Assembly (NCBI RefSeq): GCF_009914755.1
Contig: NC_060930.1
Reading direction: 5' to 3' (one strand)
DNA length: 64,000 nt
From: the human T2T-CHM13v2.0 reference genome, Homo sapiens
The notes under the pieces are model-generated. The model was given only the letters and a program-made list of their open reading frames with translations. It was not told where the DNA came from and made no database searches. Each line of letters starts with the position of its first letter. The first letter of the stretch is position 1. Positions 14,752 through 28,706 of this stretch are shown here, one piece after another. The position numbers were made by a program, and so were the translations under genes.

Positions 14752-16677
14752 CTTTTTAATCTTAAATTTTTGTGAGTACATAGTTGGTTGCTACATTTAT
14801 AGGGCATACAAGGCATGATAATCACATCACCTCAAGCATTTATTCATTGTGTTAAAATAATCCAATTATACTCCTTTCATTATTTTTAAATATCCAATAA
14901 ATTACTGTTGACTGTAGTCACCCTGTTGTGCTATCAAATAATAGGTTTTATTTATTCTATCTAACTATATGTTTGTACCCATTAACCATCCCCACTACCC
15001 CCACCCCTCCACTGCCCTTCCCTAGTCTCTAATAACCATTGTTCCATTCTCTATCTCCTTAAGTTCAATTGTTTTGATTTTTAGATCCCACAAATAAGTG
15101 AGAACCTGTGATGCTTGTCTTTATGTGCCTGGCTCATTTCATTTAACATAATGACTCTAGTTCCATCTATGTTGTTGCAAATGACAGAATCTCACTCTTC
15201 TTTATAGCCCGGTAGTACTCTATAGTGTACCATGTTCTATTTATCCACTCATCTGACAATGGACACAGATTGCTTCCAAATCTTGGCTGTTATGAATAGT
15301 GTGCAATAAACATGGGAGTGCAGATATCTCTTCAGTATACTGATTTCCTTTCTTTTGGGTCCATACCAGCAATGGGTTGCTGAATCATATGGTAGCTCTA
15401 TTTGTAGTTTTTTGAGGAACCTCCAACTGTTCTCCATAGTGATTGTACTGATTTGTATTCCCACTAACAGTATACAAGGGTTTTTCCCTTTATTCCACAT
15501 TCTCACCAGCATTTGCTATTGCCTGTCTTTTGGATAAAAGTGATTTTAACTGGAGTGAGTTAATATCTCATTATAGTTTTGATTTGCATTTCTCTAATAA
15601 CCAGTGATTTGAACACCTTTTTCATATACCTGTTTGCAATTTGTATGTCTTCTTTTGAGAAATGTCCATTCAGATTTTTGCCCGTTTTAAAATCAGATTA
15701 TTGGATTTTTTTCTGTAGAGTTGTCTGAGCTTCTTACATATTCTGATTATTAATCCCTTGTCAGATGGATAGTTTGAAAATATTTTCTCCCATTCTGTGG
15801 GTTGTCTCTTCACTTTGTTGATTGTTTCCCTTGCTGTGCAGAAGCTTTTTAACTTGATGTGATCCCATTTGTCCATTTTTGCTTTGATTGCCTGTACTTG
15901 TAAGATATTACTGAAGAAATCTTTGCCCACTCCAATGTCCTGGAGAGTCTCTCCAATGTTTTCTTGTAGTAGTTTCATAGTTTGGGGTCTTAGACTTAAG
16001 CGTTTAATGGATTCTGATTTGATTTTCACATATAGCAGGAGACAGGGGTCTATTTTCATTCTTCTGCATATGGAAGCTTCCCAGCACCATTTATTGAAGA
16101 GACTATCCTTTCCCTAACATATCTTCTTGGCACTTCTATTGAAAAATGAGTTCACTGTAGATATATAGATATATGGATTTGTTTCTGGGTTCTCTATTCT
16201 GTTCCATTGATCTATGTGTCTGTTTTTATGCCATTACCATGCTGTTTGGGTTACTATACCTCTGTGGTACAATTTGAAGCCAGCTAATGTGATTCCTCCA
16301 GTTTTGTTCTTTTTGCCCAGAATAACTTCAGCTATTCTGGGTCTTTTGTGATTCCATATAAATTTTAGAATTGTTCTTTCTATTTCTGTGAAGAATGTAA
16401 TTAGTATTTTGATAGGGATTGCACTGAATCTGTAGACTGCTTTAAGTAGTATGAATATTTTAACAGTATTGATTCCCCACCTATGGACATGGAATATCTT
16501 TCTGTTTTATTGTTTCCTCTTCAATTTCCTTTATCAGTGTTTTATAATTTTCATCGTAGAACTCTTTCAATTCTTTGGTTAATTCCTAGGTGTTTTATTT
16601 TATTTGTAGCCGTTGTAAATGGGATCACTTCCATGATTTCTTTTTCAGATTGTTTGCTGTTGGCATATAAAAGTGCT
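14752..16677 (-). mobile_element. 5'-truncated L1MA (about L1MA2-3) with diverged TSD
   Basis: L1MA 3' UTR and ORF2 C-terminal remnants (ORFs 15249-15512 and 15670-16059); flanked by AAATGCTTTACAGTATACTTT (14735) and AAGTGCTTCATAGTGTACTTT (16671). Confidence 0.92.
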
Positions 16678-17058
16678 TCATAGTGTACTTTACTTCATGG
16701 TGCCCGAAATCTGCTGAGAGGCAACTGGTGACAGAGACCTGAAGAAAGTGGAGCCCAGAAATGTCTTGGATTTTGACTTTATCTCTTTCTTTGATGGTCT
16801 TTCATGATGCTAAACAAGTCCTGTGTGCTTAGATAGAAACTGAAGCTTGTGAGAATGTTTTCTCTTTTACCTGGGGTGGATTGGGATCCTCACCATACAG
16901 CATTAATTTCTTAACGATATATATAATCATAGAAGACAATAGAGGCATCATTCCAGACAATATTTTTAAAGCCATTTGGCACAAGAAATAAGACAAGCAA
17001 AAATCCAAAAAGTGACAAAAGCTCTACCCAATGAGGGGGTCAGTCCCATCTAAGTAAT

Positions 17059-17475
17059 GCAAAAATGGGATTGGCTTGAGGAAGTAGGAATGGGAACCCA
17101 GTACTGAAGTTATAGGCCAAATCAAAAGATGGGAAATCTAGAAGACATATTTCTTCAAAAAGATAACATAAAGTGCTTAGGGTCAGTTCAACAAAAGCCT
17201 TAAGGATCAAACCTGAAGAGACAAAAAATAGCAACAGACGAAGTAAGGCAATAAGCAGAGAATCATAATACTTACACAACCTCAAGAGGTTCTCTTGATA
17301 TGACCTGCTGAGAAATAAAATATTATCTGAAAATTGCAAGACTCCAAGATGTTGGCCCAATGTTCCTATTATTAAGGAATTAAATGTGTCTTCTGCATTT
17401 CCCATATTTTGATTTGGCTTGTAACTGCAGTACTGAGTTCCCATTCCTACTTCCTCAAGCCAAACCCGTTTTTGC
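17059..17475. repeat. Inverted repeat: 94-bp arms (17059-17152 and 17382-17475) with a 229-bp spacer
   Basis: The left arm and the reverse complement of the right arm align without gaps at 84/94 identity, including a perfect 27-bp run. Confidence 0.97.
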
Positions 17476-18194
17476 TCCTTGCATGGTAAACCACTGGACT
17501 GAAGCTCATTAAGCCTTCCTTTCAAATTTTATTTATTAATTTTCAGTTTCGTTTTTCTCCCATATGAGAATAAGATCGACAAACAGCTTTACAGTTTGAA
17601 AAACTTCTTTCTATAAACAATAAACATTCAGTTTTATAAGCAGCCTTTGTCTCTGTTACTATTTATTATGTATATGTTGCATTTCTCATGGACATTTGTC
17701 AATGAGAATTTTTAATCTCTGTGGTAAGGTGTTTTCTTCCATTTATTTATTTATTTATGCATTTATGTGTTTATGCATTTGTTTATTTTGATGTCAGGAA
17801 GCCCTACAATTTAGTTGACTTATTTAATCATTCAAGAGAATAATATTGAAACAGTGAATTTTGATAGCATCATGTCTGGGTTCAATTATTAGCTACATCT
17901 TGCTAATCTGTATAATAGTCATACCATAGGGCTTAGTTAATTGTAAATACTCAATAAATTTTTATTTTTAACCTCACCATGTTTACTTAGTATTTATTAT
18001 GAAAATAACAATATAATAGTTATTTCAAAAGTAATTGATTGATTTATGCAATAATTATCTTTACTTTCAAGAGGGTTAAATTCTATTAAATTATAAATGA
18101 TACATTTAATTATCATCTAAAATCAACAGCATCTTTTACTGTTTAGAAATTATTTCTCTACTTAGTATCAGGATCTCTCCTGTCCTGATGATTA

Positions 18195-18486
18195 TTATCA
18201 TTATTATTTGTTTTAGTGACAGAGTTTTGCTCCATCACCCAGGCTGGAGTGTGGTGATCCAATCACAGCTCACTGCAGCCTCAAACCCCTGAACTCAAGG
18301 GATCCTTTGCCTCAGCCTCCTAAGTAACTAGGACTAAAGGCATGCACTACTATCCCTGGCTAATTTTTTTTAAAAATATTTTGTAGAGACAGGGTCTCAA
18401 TATGTTGCCCAGGCTGATCTTAAACTCCTGACCTCAAGCAATCCTCCCACCTAGGCCTCCTAAAGTGTGAGCCTCCACACCTGGCC
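18195..18486 (-). mobile_element. AluJ SINE
   Basis: Reverse Alu: GACAGAGTTTTGCTCCATCACCCAGGCTGGAGTG...CCACACCTGGCC. Confidence 0.93.
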
Positions 18487-18519
18487 TAGACCCAAAGAAT
18501 AAATAATAATCAATTGCTC

Positions 18520-19100
18520 TGTGCAAGAGGTTGACACAGGATGTGGAAAAGTGTTCCAGGCAGAGGAAGCTGCAAGCGCAAATCCCTACAGAGCAAAAGT
18601 ACATGGTTTTGGGGTAACTGGAAGTCCAGTATGGCTATGTTATAGAAAGGGAAGTGAGAAGAAAGTAGGTAGTGTTAAATAACTTGGACTTCATCCTGAC
18701 AGTATTCACTTGCCAAAGAAGAGTTAGGAGGAGACAGATGTGATCAAATGTGTTTCACTGGCAGCAGCATGGGGAGTTCACTAGGGGCAGGATGGGGACA
18801 GAAATTGAAGGAGAGAGTCAATGGCGGCCTTATCTGGGCTAGTGGCAAAGGAAATGGAGAGAAGCGGACTGATTTGAGTGATACTTAGGAATATCTAAGA
18901 AAGAAGAAGTTGTTACGATTTTGAATATTTTGCAAACAATCAAACGCACACTTAAGAGAGGATACATAAAAGGAGTATTCACTTTGGGAATGGCAAAAAT
19001 GGAGAGATGCAATATGAAGAAACAGAGACTAAGTTGATTTATTTTTGTATGGTCTGGAATATTTAGTTAAAGTGTCTACATCAACCAAACCGGAATACAA
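18520..19100 (-). mobile_element. L2 fragment
   Basis: GTGTTCCAGGCAGAGGAAG...TTGGACTTCATCCTG...AGTGGCAAAGGAAATGGAGAGAAGCGGACTGATTTGAG are L2 motifs. Confidence 0.6.
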
Positions 19101-19353
19101 GGAGTTGTTCTGTGCAAGAGGGTGCACAGAGCACTGTACAAGGGTACCCATTGTCAAAACCCATCATGTTTTTATTAGCTATTAATTTTCTCCTATGTCT
19201 TATGTTACTCATCCTGATAATCCACTGTATCTATTTAAAATAAATAGAAAGGCCCTTTTTACTTTTTATTTGTGTGTCTAGTGCCCCAGCACTTTCAAGG
19301 AGCCTTTCCCAAGCCAGGTGGTGAATGAAGAATAACTATAAAAGTGACACCAC

Positions 19354-20392
<1,039 letters not shown>

Positions 20393-22289
20393 TCAGTCCT
20401 AAAAATGTCAAGACAAAGGAGCATTTAGTGACAGTCATTCTGGATAACAAAGATGCACTGCTTTCTAATGCTTCCCTTTACTTTCACATTTTTCTAAAGT
20501 TCACAGATGTGCCCTCGATGTGGTCTGTGTATTTTTGTGAACTGCTGGAAAATTTCACTCACACACCAATGGATCCAATGAACACAAAATACCTCTTCCA
20601 GGGAGCAGTTGCCAATAAGCAGTATTTTTAGAGGCACATGTCACAGTTTCTGTTTGCTTCTGTTGTGACTTTTAATGGGCCCTGAATGATTAAGAAATAG
20701 CCTCTGATAAAAGGCATCTCCCGACTGCTTCATTATGTACTATGGGTAGTAAATGTTTACTACACAGTGGGCTCAAGCTAACATGTTATTAAACCATGTT
20801 CCGGTTACATCAGCGCCCAGAGAATAGCTTTTCCCTTGAACATGTTTATCATTTCCTTAAATGCTCCTTAACAATGATGTCATATTATTTATGCATGCTT
20901 CCTCAGGAAAATATGTTGGTTGATTTTATGAATTATTTGGTAAACTTTGTTACTCACTCTAGGAGACTACACCTGTTTCCAATAATTTTCTCTTACATGT
21001 TGAGTAAAGGAATTCTATTGAGAGAAGAAGTGAGAAGTGAAGGACACAAATATAGATCTAAACACTAGAGCTAATAGGACATTTTATTGCATAGAATTCA
21101 TGTGGTATGTTGCTGGGACTAGCTTTCCTGTGAGGATTGGAGAACCAGGATTTCTGCTATCTGACCAGAGTAGAAATCTATTCTCCTTTCTCATTGTCAG
21201 AGTAATGACAGTATAAAAATTTCTCACCCTCCAGCATTAGCAGGGAAACTTTCTATTTCTTCTGCTGTGATTGGAAATGAAAAAGGAAATGCTTGCTTTT
21301 GAAAACACTTCCAGCTACTATAATGTTAATACTAGAAATTATGACTGCGAGTAAGAGGAGGGGAAAAGTCATTCAGGTGCCATTTTGGCTTTCCATGAAC
21401 ATGGCTATAAAAATAAAGTGCCTCTTTGGGCATGCTTAGTCATTACTTTGGGGTTAAAGTTGAAGTCAGAAAAAAAACTCTGAAACATAGACATGTGTTT
21501 TTCATTCTGACATAAAGAATTAACAATTTTCCCCAGCTACAACTATGGAGGGTTAGTATCTTTTAATCTGTCTGTTTTCTAAAACAGCATGGTAACATTT
21601 TATTTTGCCTAACCTGGAGATGCTAAGAATACCCTGTGTCTGGTTCTCCTTGGTACAGAGTATTCGCTGTATAAACTGATGAGGTTGATTTCCATGTGTT
21701 TATAAAAAGGCAGGAAAATGTCTTCTTGCCTAAAACTCATGCATGGCATCATTGCACATGGCATTGCTCAAGCACAGATCTCGCCTGGTGGCTCCAAAAT
21801 GAAAGGAGAGTGGGGAGTTGCCAGGGTCAGAGCCTTCGTGCAAAATAAGCTGCCACTAACTGGCATTGAGCTTCCATAACTCCCTGTGCTGGGTTTGCAG
21901 TGAAGGAAAATTGTGTTGATGGTCAGTTCTGAAAGCATATTTCTGGTAGAAAAGAAAAATAGTGGAGAGAGATTTTATTCTTTCTACCTGTTCCCAGACT
22001 ACTCTGCTCAGGCTTCCTGAATCTAAGGAAGTCTAATAAATTCTGAATTCTAGAGAGTAAATTATGAAGGTTCATTTGAATGTCATCTGCTACCCAAGTT
22101 CTATACATCCCCTCTTAGGAAAGAATCATAATTTATTATAATTATTTTTCTGTTTGTGGATAAGTATACCATAAATGATATACGCAAGCATCTCTTTCCT
22201 ACTAAAAAAAAATGCTATATTCTACCAGTAGTTTTCGTAAAAGAGTAAGAGACTCCTCTCAGAATGAATCTTCTATACTCCTATAGCTC

Positions 22290-23117
22290 TGTCACAGTAA
22301 CAGCATGTGTCACAATTGGCATGTATTGAATTATTTAAGGATGATTCTTTCTGCCCCAGTAGATTAAGAGCCTGTGGAGGCCAAGTTCCAGGTGTCTCTC
22401 ATTCTTGGACTTCTGTTACCGGAAAGGGTCCCAGTTCAGACCCCTAAAGAGGGTTCTTGAATCTCACACAAGAAAGAATTTGGGATGAGTCCATAGAGTA
22501 AAGGGAATGCAAGTTTCTTTGAGAAATAAACAAAAGAATGGCTACTCCATAGGCAGAGCAGTCCCAGGGGCTGCTGGTTGGCTATTTATAGGGTTATTTC
22601 TTGATTATCTGCTAAACAAGGGGTGGAGTAGTCATGAGATTTCTGGGGGAAAGAGGTGGGCAATTCCCAGGACTGAGGTTTCCTCCCCTTTTTAGACCAT
22701 ATAGGGTGACTTCCTGACGTTGCCATGGTATTTGTAAACGGTCATGGGGCTGGAGTGTCTTTTAGCATGCCAATGCATTACAATTAGCTTATAATGAGCA
22801 GTGAAGATGACCAAAGGTCACTTTCATTGCCGTCTTTGTTTTGGTGGGTTTTGGCTGGCTTCTTTATTACATCCTGTTTTATCCGCAGGGTCTTTATGAC
22901 CTGTATCTTATGATACCAGTCCTGCCGACCTCCTGTCTCATCCTGTGACTAAGAATGCCTGACCTCCTTGGAATGCAGCCCAGCAAATCTTATCCTCATT
23001 TTATGCAGTCCTTATTCAAGAGGGAACCACTCTGGTTTGAATGCCTCTGACACTACAATGCGTGGGCCAGCACTCTACCTGTAGTAGGTGCTCCAATCAT
23101 GTTTATTGAATGAAATC
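22290..23117 (+). mobile_element. L2 3' end interrupted by MER41
   Basis: TAGATTAAGAGCCTGTGGAGG lies before the LTR and GTAGTAGGTGCTCCAATCATGTTTATTGAATGAA after it. Confidence 0.55.
22414..23052 (-). mobile_element. MER41B-type ERV1 solo LTR, full length
   Basis: TGTTACCGGAAAGGGTCCC...GAATGCAGCCCAG...TTCAAGA..CTCTGGTTTGAATGCCTCTGACA; 639 bp, TG..CA termini, CTTC/CTAC flanks. Confidence 0.9.
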
Positions 23118-24276
23118 ATATTGTACAGGGAGCCCATAGGGAATATCATTTATACTCTGCTAAAAAGCATTTAATTTTAGGATGGATTTAATGGCAAAAC
23201 CTCTGTGTACTGACATGGGACTTACTGCTAAAATTGTGTACACAGGGGACCTCGGAATTGCCATGATAAAAATCAGTGAGAAAGAGCTAAGTGCCACTTT
23301 TGTATGAGGAAGGTCACTCCTGGCCAGAAATGGAGTCAGAGAGGCTTATTAACTTTGTGTAGAATGGAGCTAGGTTGATTAGACTGGCTCCAAAGGCTAG
23401 CTCCACTTAGAAGCCATAGTAAGTGGCACATTAAGTGCACCCAAGCTAAATTTCTCACTGTAAAGAAACATTGCAAAGGCTTTAAGAACAAGTGACAGCA
23501 AATTACAAAATAAGCAGCAAGTCAGGATTTACCCTACTACCTACTGTCATAACAATTACTGGGTCAAGTGAGGGGCATTTTAAAATGGAAACACTATTTT
23601 TCTAATTTACGTGGATTAAAAATGCATATTTCCCTGATTGATTTATAATCTATTGATAATTAATTTATAAGATACTATTACAATATAGTATACACTGCCT
23701 TGAAAACATTCCAAGTGAGATTGCTTTCCTGGTGAACATGCATTAGTTTTAATTTTTCTTTGTTATGCCCCACCTAGAAATGCTGTTTATTCACTCATAA
23801 GGAACTATGATGTTTAATCTATTGGATTTTGTGTTCATTGTATCTGTTTTTATCATTTACCTATGACTAAAGTGAACAGTGAGAAATATATATTTAAACC
23901 AAACAAAACTTTTAAAATATCTTTTTTTCAGGGGCTTATTTCCAGAATTCTCCCAGAGTGAAAGTCGTACCCTAAGAATATGTTAGGCCACTTGGGGAAA
24001 CATTTATTTTTTATTTTTTTCCATAAAGTCTGTATTCTTTGTTAAATGGAAACATTTACTTTTGAAGCCTACTCAGGTATAGTTTATTGCTTCGTAAGAG
24101 TAATTTGAGTTTACAAAGCTTTCCATCAGTTTGTTAGCATGTTACACACATCTGGGAATAGAAACTTAACTGTTTTTAATCCAAATGGGCCTCTTCCTTT
24201 ACGTCCCACAATTAATAGAAATTACTGTCTCTCACACCCACCTCATGTACCACCTTTTAAAGTGAAAGCTTTAAAA

Positions 24277-24597
24277 TGGTTGTCCCTAGGTGTCCAAGAG
24301 TATTGATTCCAGGACCCCAGGGACTGGTTTCAGGACCCCTGTGGATACCAAAATCTGCAGGTGCTTAAGTCCCCGATATAAAATAGTGTAGTATTGTATA
24401 TGGCCAAAGCACATTCTCTCATATACTTTAAATCATCTGTAGATTACTTATAATATCTAATATAATGTAATTGCTATGTAAATAGTTGTTTTACTATATT
24501 TTTTATTTGTATTACTTTTTTGTTGCAATATTATTATTTTTTCAAATATTCTTGTCCTCTTGTTGGTTGACTCTGTGGATATGGAGAGTCAACTGTA
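24277..24597. mobile_element. MER2 (TcMar-Tigger family) DNA transposon relic
   Basis: GGTTTCAGGACCCCTGTGGATACCAAAATCTGCAG..TATACTTTAAATCATCTGTAGATTACTTATAATA..GGATATGGAGAGTCAACTGTA. Confidence 0.85.
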
Positions 24598-24987
24598 CCC
24601 TGTTGTACTCCTTGGATCAGGCATTTAGGAGCAGTGGCTGGACTATGAGTTGGTTATTCTGGGCTTGCTGACTGTATAAAGATTTGGTTCATGTCACTGT
24701 CACCCAGAGCCTATGGGGCCAGGCAGGATCAGAGGAGGAAAGAGGGCAAGCAGGACTTCTATGAGAGCAAGAGCGTGGCCCAGTGCAGAGCCAGGCCCAA
24801 GGCCACTGATGCACAACATTTTGAATCTAGGAACAGAAGGAAAGGGAAGGGTGGGAAGCAGAAGACAAGGCGGTGGTCCTGTCCACCCTGGAAAATGAGT
24901 GCCTGCCTCTGAGAATAGGATGAATTAGCCATGCTCGGTGGTGCTCCTCCACCGCAGTGCAATGTAATGGCTCACTATCCAACCTGC

Positions 24988-25150
24988 AGCCAGGCTGCCT
25001 GGCTTCAAGTCGTCACTCTGGTACTTACTAATTGTGTAACCTTAGGGAGATTACTCAAGCTCAACAAGCACCTGTTTCTTCATCTGTAAAATGAGGGTTA
25101 TAAAATCATTACCAACCTCATAGATTCCTGTGAAGATTACTTAGAAAATA
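24988..25150 (+). mobile_element. MIR SINE
   Basis: GCCAGGCTGCCTGG..ACTTACTAATTGTGTAACCTT..CATCTGTAAAATGAGG..CCTCATAG. Confidence 0.8.
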
Positions 25151-25799
25151 TAAAATACTCTAGCTCACTCCTGTAAAGAGCAACGCCTGACACAGGAAGT
25201 TAAGCATTTTTGCATCATATGTCTTTTGCAACTCTAACTGCACACCACTAAACTCTTTAAATTCTGTATGGCTTTCTTCTACCACTAGTATCTGCTATGC
25301 TCTTTGTTTCTGTGTCAAATCCTTGGCAGTAAATTAATTTTTTAATTCAAATCCAGTGGTTTACTCATGTCAAGCACCTAAGCCTAGAGACATAGTCTCA
25401 GTCTTTCCCTTTATCATCTTGTTAATTGTCAAAGCTGATGAGGACACTACCAATCCAGGTCACAGTGACATAAGAAGAATTAATTCTTTTCTTGGTTATT
25501 TTTGCATGCATTTCCTTTAAAGCAGAATACCCTCACTTAGAGTTTTAAGTAGGAGACAATTTGTCAGAAGATAATGCTTATTTGGAGTTTTAAGTAGGAA
25601 ACGGTTTGGTGTAATATTCTTAATTTTATATGAATTTGTGCATAGAATCTTATCAGCTGAATTCAGAAAACAATGAGCAAATATCAGGCAAGGGGAGGCA
25701 TGGTAAGGGAGTGGAGAAGTGGACCATGGTCAGGAAATATGGGATTCAGTTTGGGATAATTTTTTTTGAAGTCCTATATGAATGTATGGAGTTCTAGTG

Positions 25800-27050
25800 C
25801 TTGGGGTTTTAGAAGATGCAAAGCAGAATCAGCTTTTACTCTCAAGGAGCCTATAGAGTCAGGTGGGTGATACATAACATGTAGATGGGGACTTTATAAC
25901 CTCAGAACCTAACACACGCCTGGCACATAGAAACTGCAAATCACTCACTTTTTATCCTTAGAACACAGCAAATGAGAAAATGTAATAAAAGGTTAAAATC
26001 AGATTTTTATAAGTATCGTAAGACAGGTGTAAAGTTCTATGTGGTATAAACAAGGAGAGATGAAGGAAAGATGTGGAAGACCAAGCACTTGACTGGGTCT
26101 TCCAAGATGTGCAGAATATGTGGCTTTGTGGGTGGAGAAGACATGAGCAAAGGCAGCAAGGTGAGAAGATTCAGGAAACATTGTGAGCAGTTTAGTTTGA
26201 CGAAAGGGAAGTGGAGAGAAATGAAGTTGAAGAGTAGATTGGTTCCAAACCAATCAGGATTTTCAAAGCTAAGCTTAGATATTTGAACGTGATTCTGCAG
26301 GCAATGAGGATCCGAGGAAAACCTTGTATCAGAGTAGTAGCATGATCAGATTTAAGCGTCAGGAAGTCACATCATTAAAATGGATCAACAGCTTAACTAT
26401 TGGGCAGTGAGTTTAGAAATGAGACTGGTGCAAGAGGGATTTATTTATGAGATAAAATTGATATGACTCATTTTGCACCTCTAAGTGACAGACGATGGTG
26501 CCACTAGCAGAGCCAGACAGCCCCAAAAGAAGATCTGGCTTGATGGAAAGATGACAAGTTTAACTTGGGGCACATTAAGTTGTTGGTGCTGGCAGGACAT
26601 TCAACACCAAAACTCATGAGAGATTTTCAGTGGAGAGATCACTCATGTACAGAAAATAATTGAAGCCTTGGAATTACCAAAGGAGAAAATGCCTGAGAAC
26701 AGAGGCTTAAGGCCATTTCCTTAAGGAACACCCCCACTTGCAGAGCAAGAGCACACAAACAGTGAATGGCAAGAAATGAGGTGAACACTTTGGAAAGCTG
26801 CAGAAGTCATAGGGGGAGAAGGTGTCAGAAAGGAAAGTCCAGACAAGAATTTTATTGTCGCAAATAAATATGGAACCTGAGAAGAGATGCTGAATTTGAT
26901 GACTAAGAGAAAACTGGTGACCTTTCAGGAAAGTAGAAGAGTAGTAAGGGTCAAAGGCATGCTGTGAAAGATTAAGGCATGAACAGGTGGTGAGCAAGTA
27001 GAAGCAATGAGCATAGAAGATTTTCTCAAGATGGTTGGTAGCAAAAGCAA
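25800..27050 (-). mobile_element. L2 LINE fragments
   Basis: CTCAAGGAGCCTATAG..GCAGGCAATGAGGA..CATGATCAGATTT..CTGGTGACCTT are reverse L2 motifs. Confidence 0.65.
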
Positions 27051-28298
27051 AGACATCCTAGAATTATCTTAATTTTATTATTTGCTTAAAAGTCACAAAC
27101 TTCACTTGACAACTTAACAGAATAGTAAAATTAAAGTAACTTTGTAAGAACGGGGAGACTACAACAGGCTATAAACTGAAAGAGAGTTTCCAGTGCCCCA
27201 TAAAGGAGTAAAATTGAAAAATAACAGTGGGTGGTCAAGACCACAAAACAAGTGGGAAAATATGGGATCAAGGATGTAATTGACATGTTCCAATTTTATG
27301 AAATCCACATCGTATATCTAGATTAACGTAACAATTAACATGGTCTGCCAAACAGCTCAGAGATGGCCACGAGAATTCCAACAGTGTATGAGCCATTTTG
27401 TAATCCAGTCATGTGGTCACCCATGGATGTGGCCTGTCTTCCCAAGGATGAATTAATTACCTTATCTCTTTATTCATTGTCTTTCCATTCCCATTGTCTT
27501 AGTAATATCAGAGAAGTAGACTGAGTAATCTTTTCACAAGAGCACTCCTCAAGGTGGAAAAGGAAACTAGACTCTCAGTAGTACATTCAGCAAAGAGTAG
27601 GGAGAAACAGTCCTCCTAAAACCTGCCTTGCATATGAAAGACAGGAGTCAGGTACAACTATTTCACTGACCTGAGAAATACAGAAAGATGTTTGGGGTGT
27701 TGTCCAGGGACTGCTAGGTTACATTTATTGTCAATGTGAGTAAGAATTGTCTAAGAGTAAAATATTGAGGAAGACAAAATGAACATTTGCCTACTTCTAC
27801 AACCAAGAAGGGATATATGGAAGAGTTCATCTGGAAAGTAAAATCACATTAAAATGCTACAAATTAATGTAGTTATTGTTGTTAATATTATTATCAACAC
27901 TAATAGAAATGGCATAAACATACCTTCACATTTGCTACTATATATTGAATTAAAAAATGGTAGAGATAAGGCTAAATTTATCCTAGTTCAACAATGATTC
28001 AATTCATATGAGAAAACTGAGCATGATTTGTTCGTTTTGAATGCCTTAAACCAAATATTTTAATGTGCATTACTCACAATTAGATTCTAAAAATGTAAAA
28101 CAAACATGATGCTACAGCACTAGTACAAAGGCAGCAAAAATGCATTTTAAAAGCAGGAATACTACTTCAGAAAAATGTATTAAAATTGAACATGAGCTTG
28201 AGAAAGTACCGCTCAGTGCAATCATGGAACCACAATTAAAGCTGGGCAAGACATGGAAGGTTTCCTGATAGCCTTGTTTTATAATTGTAGAAACTGAG

Positions 28299-28706
<408 letters not shown>

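Noticed and set aside
17040-17525. 161-aa minus-strand ORF spanning the inverted repeat
   Set aside because: It starts at TTG rather than ATG, has no recognisable domain, and its Leu/Phe-rich composition follows from the A-rich opposite strand. There is no promoter or splice support.
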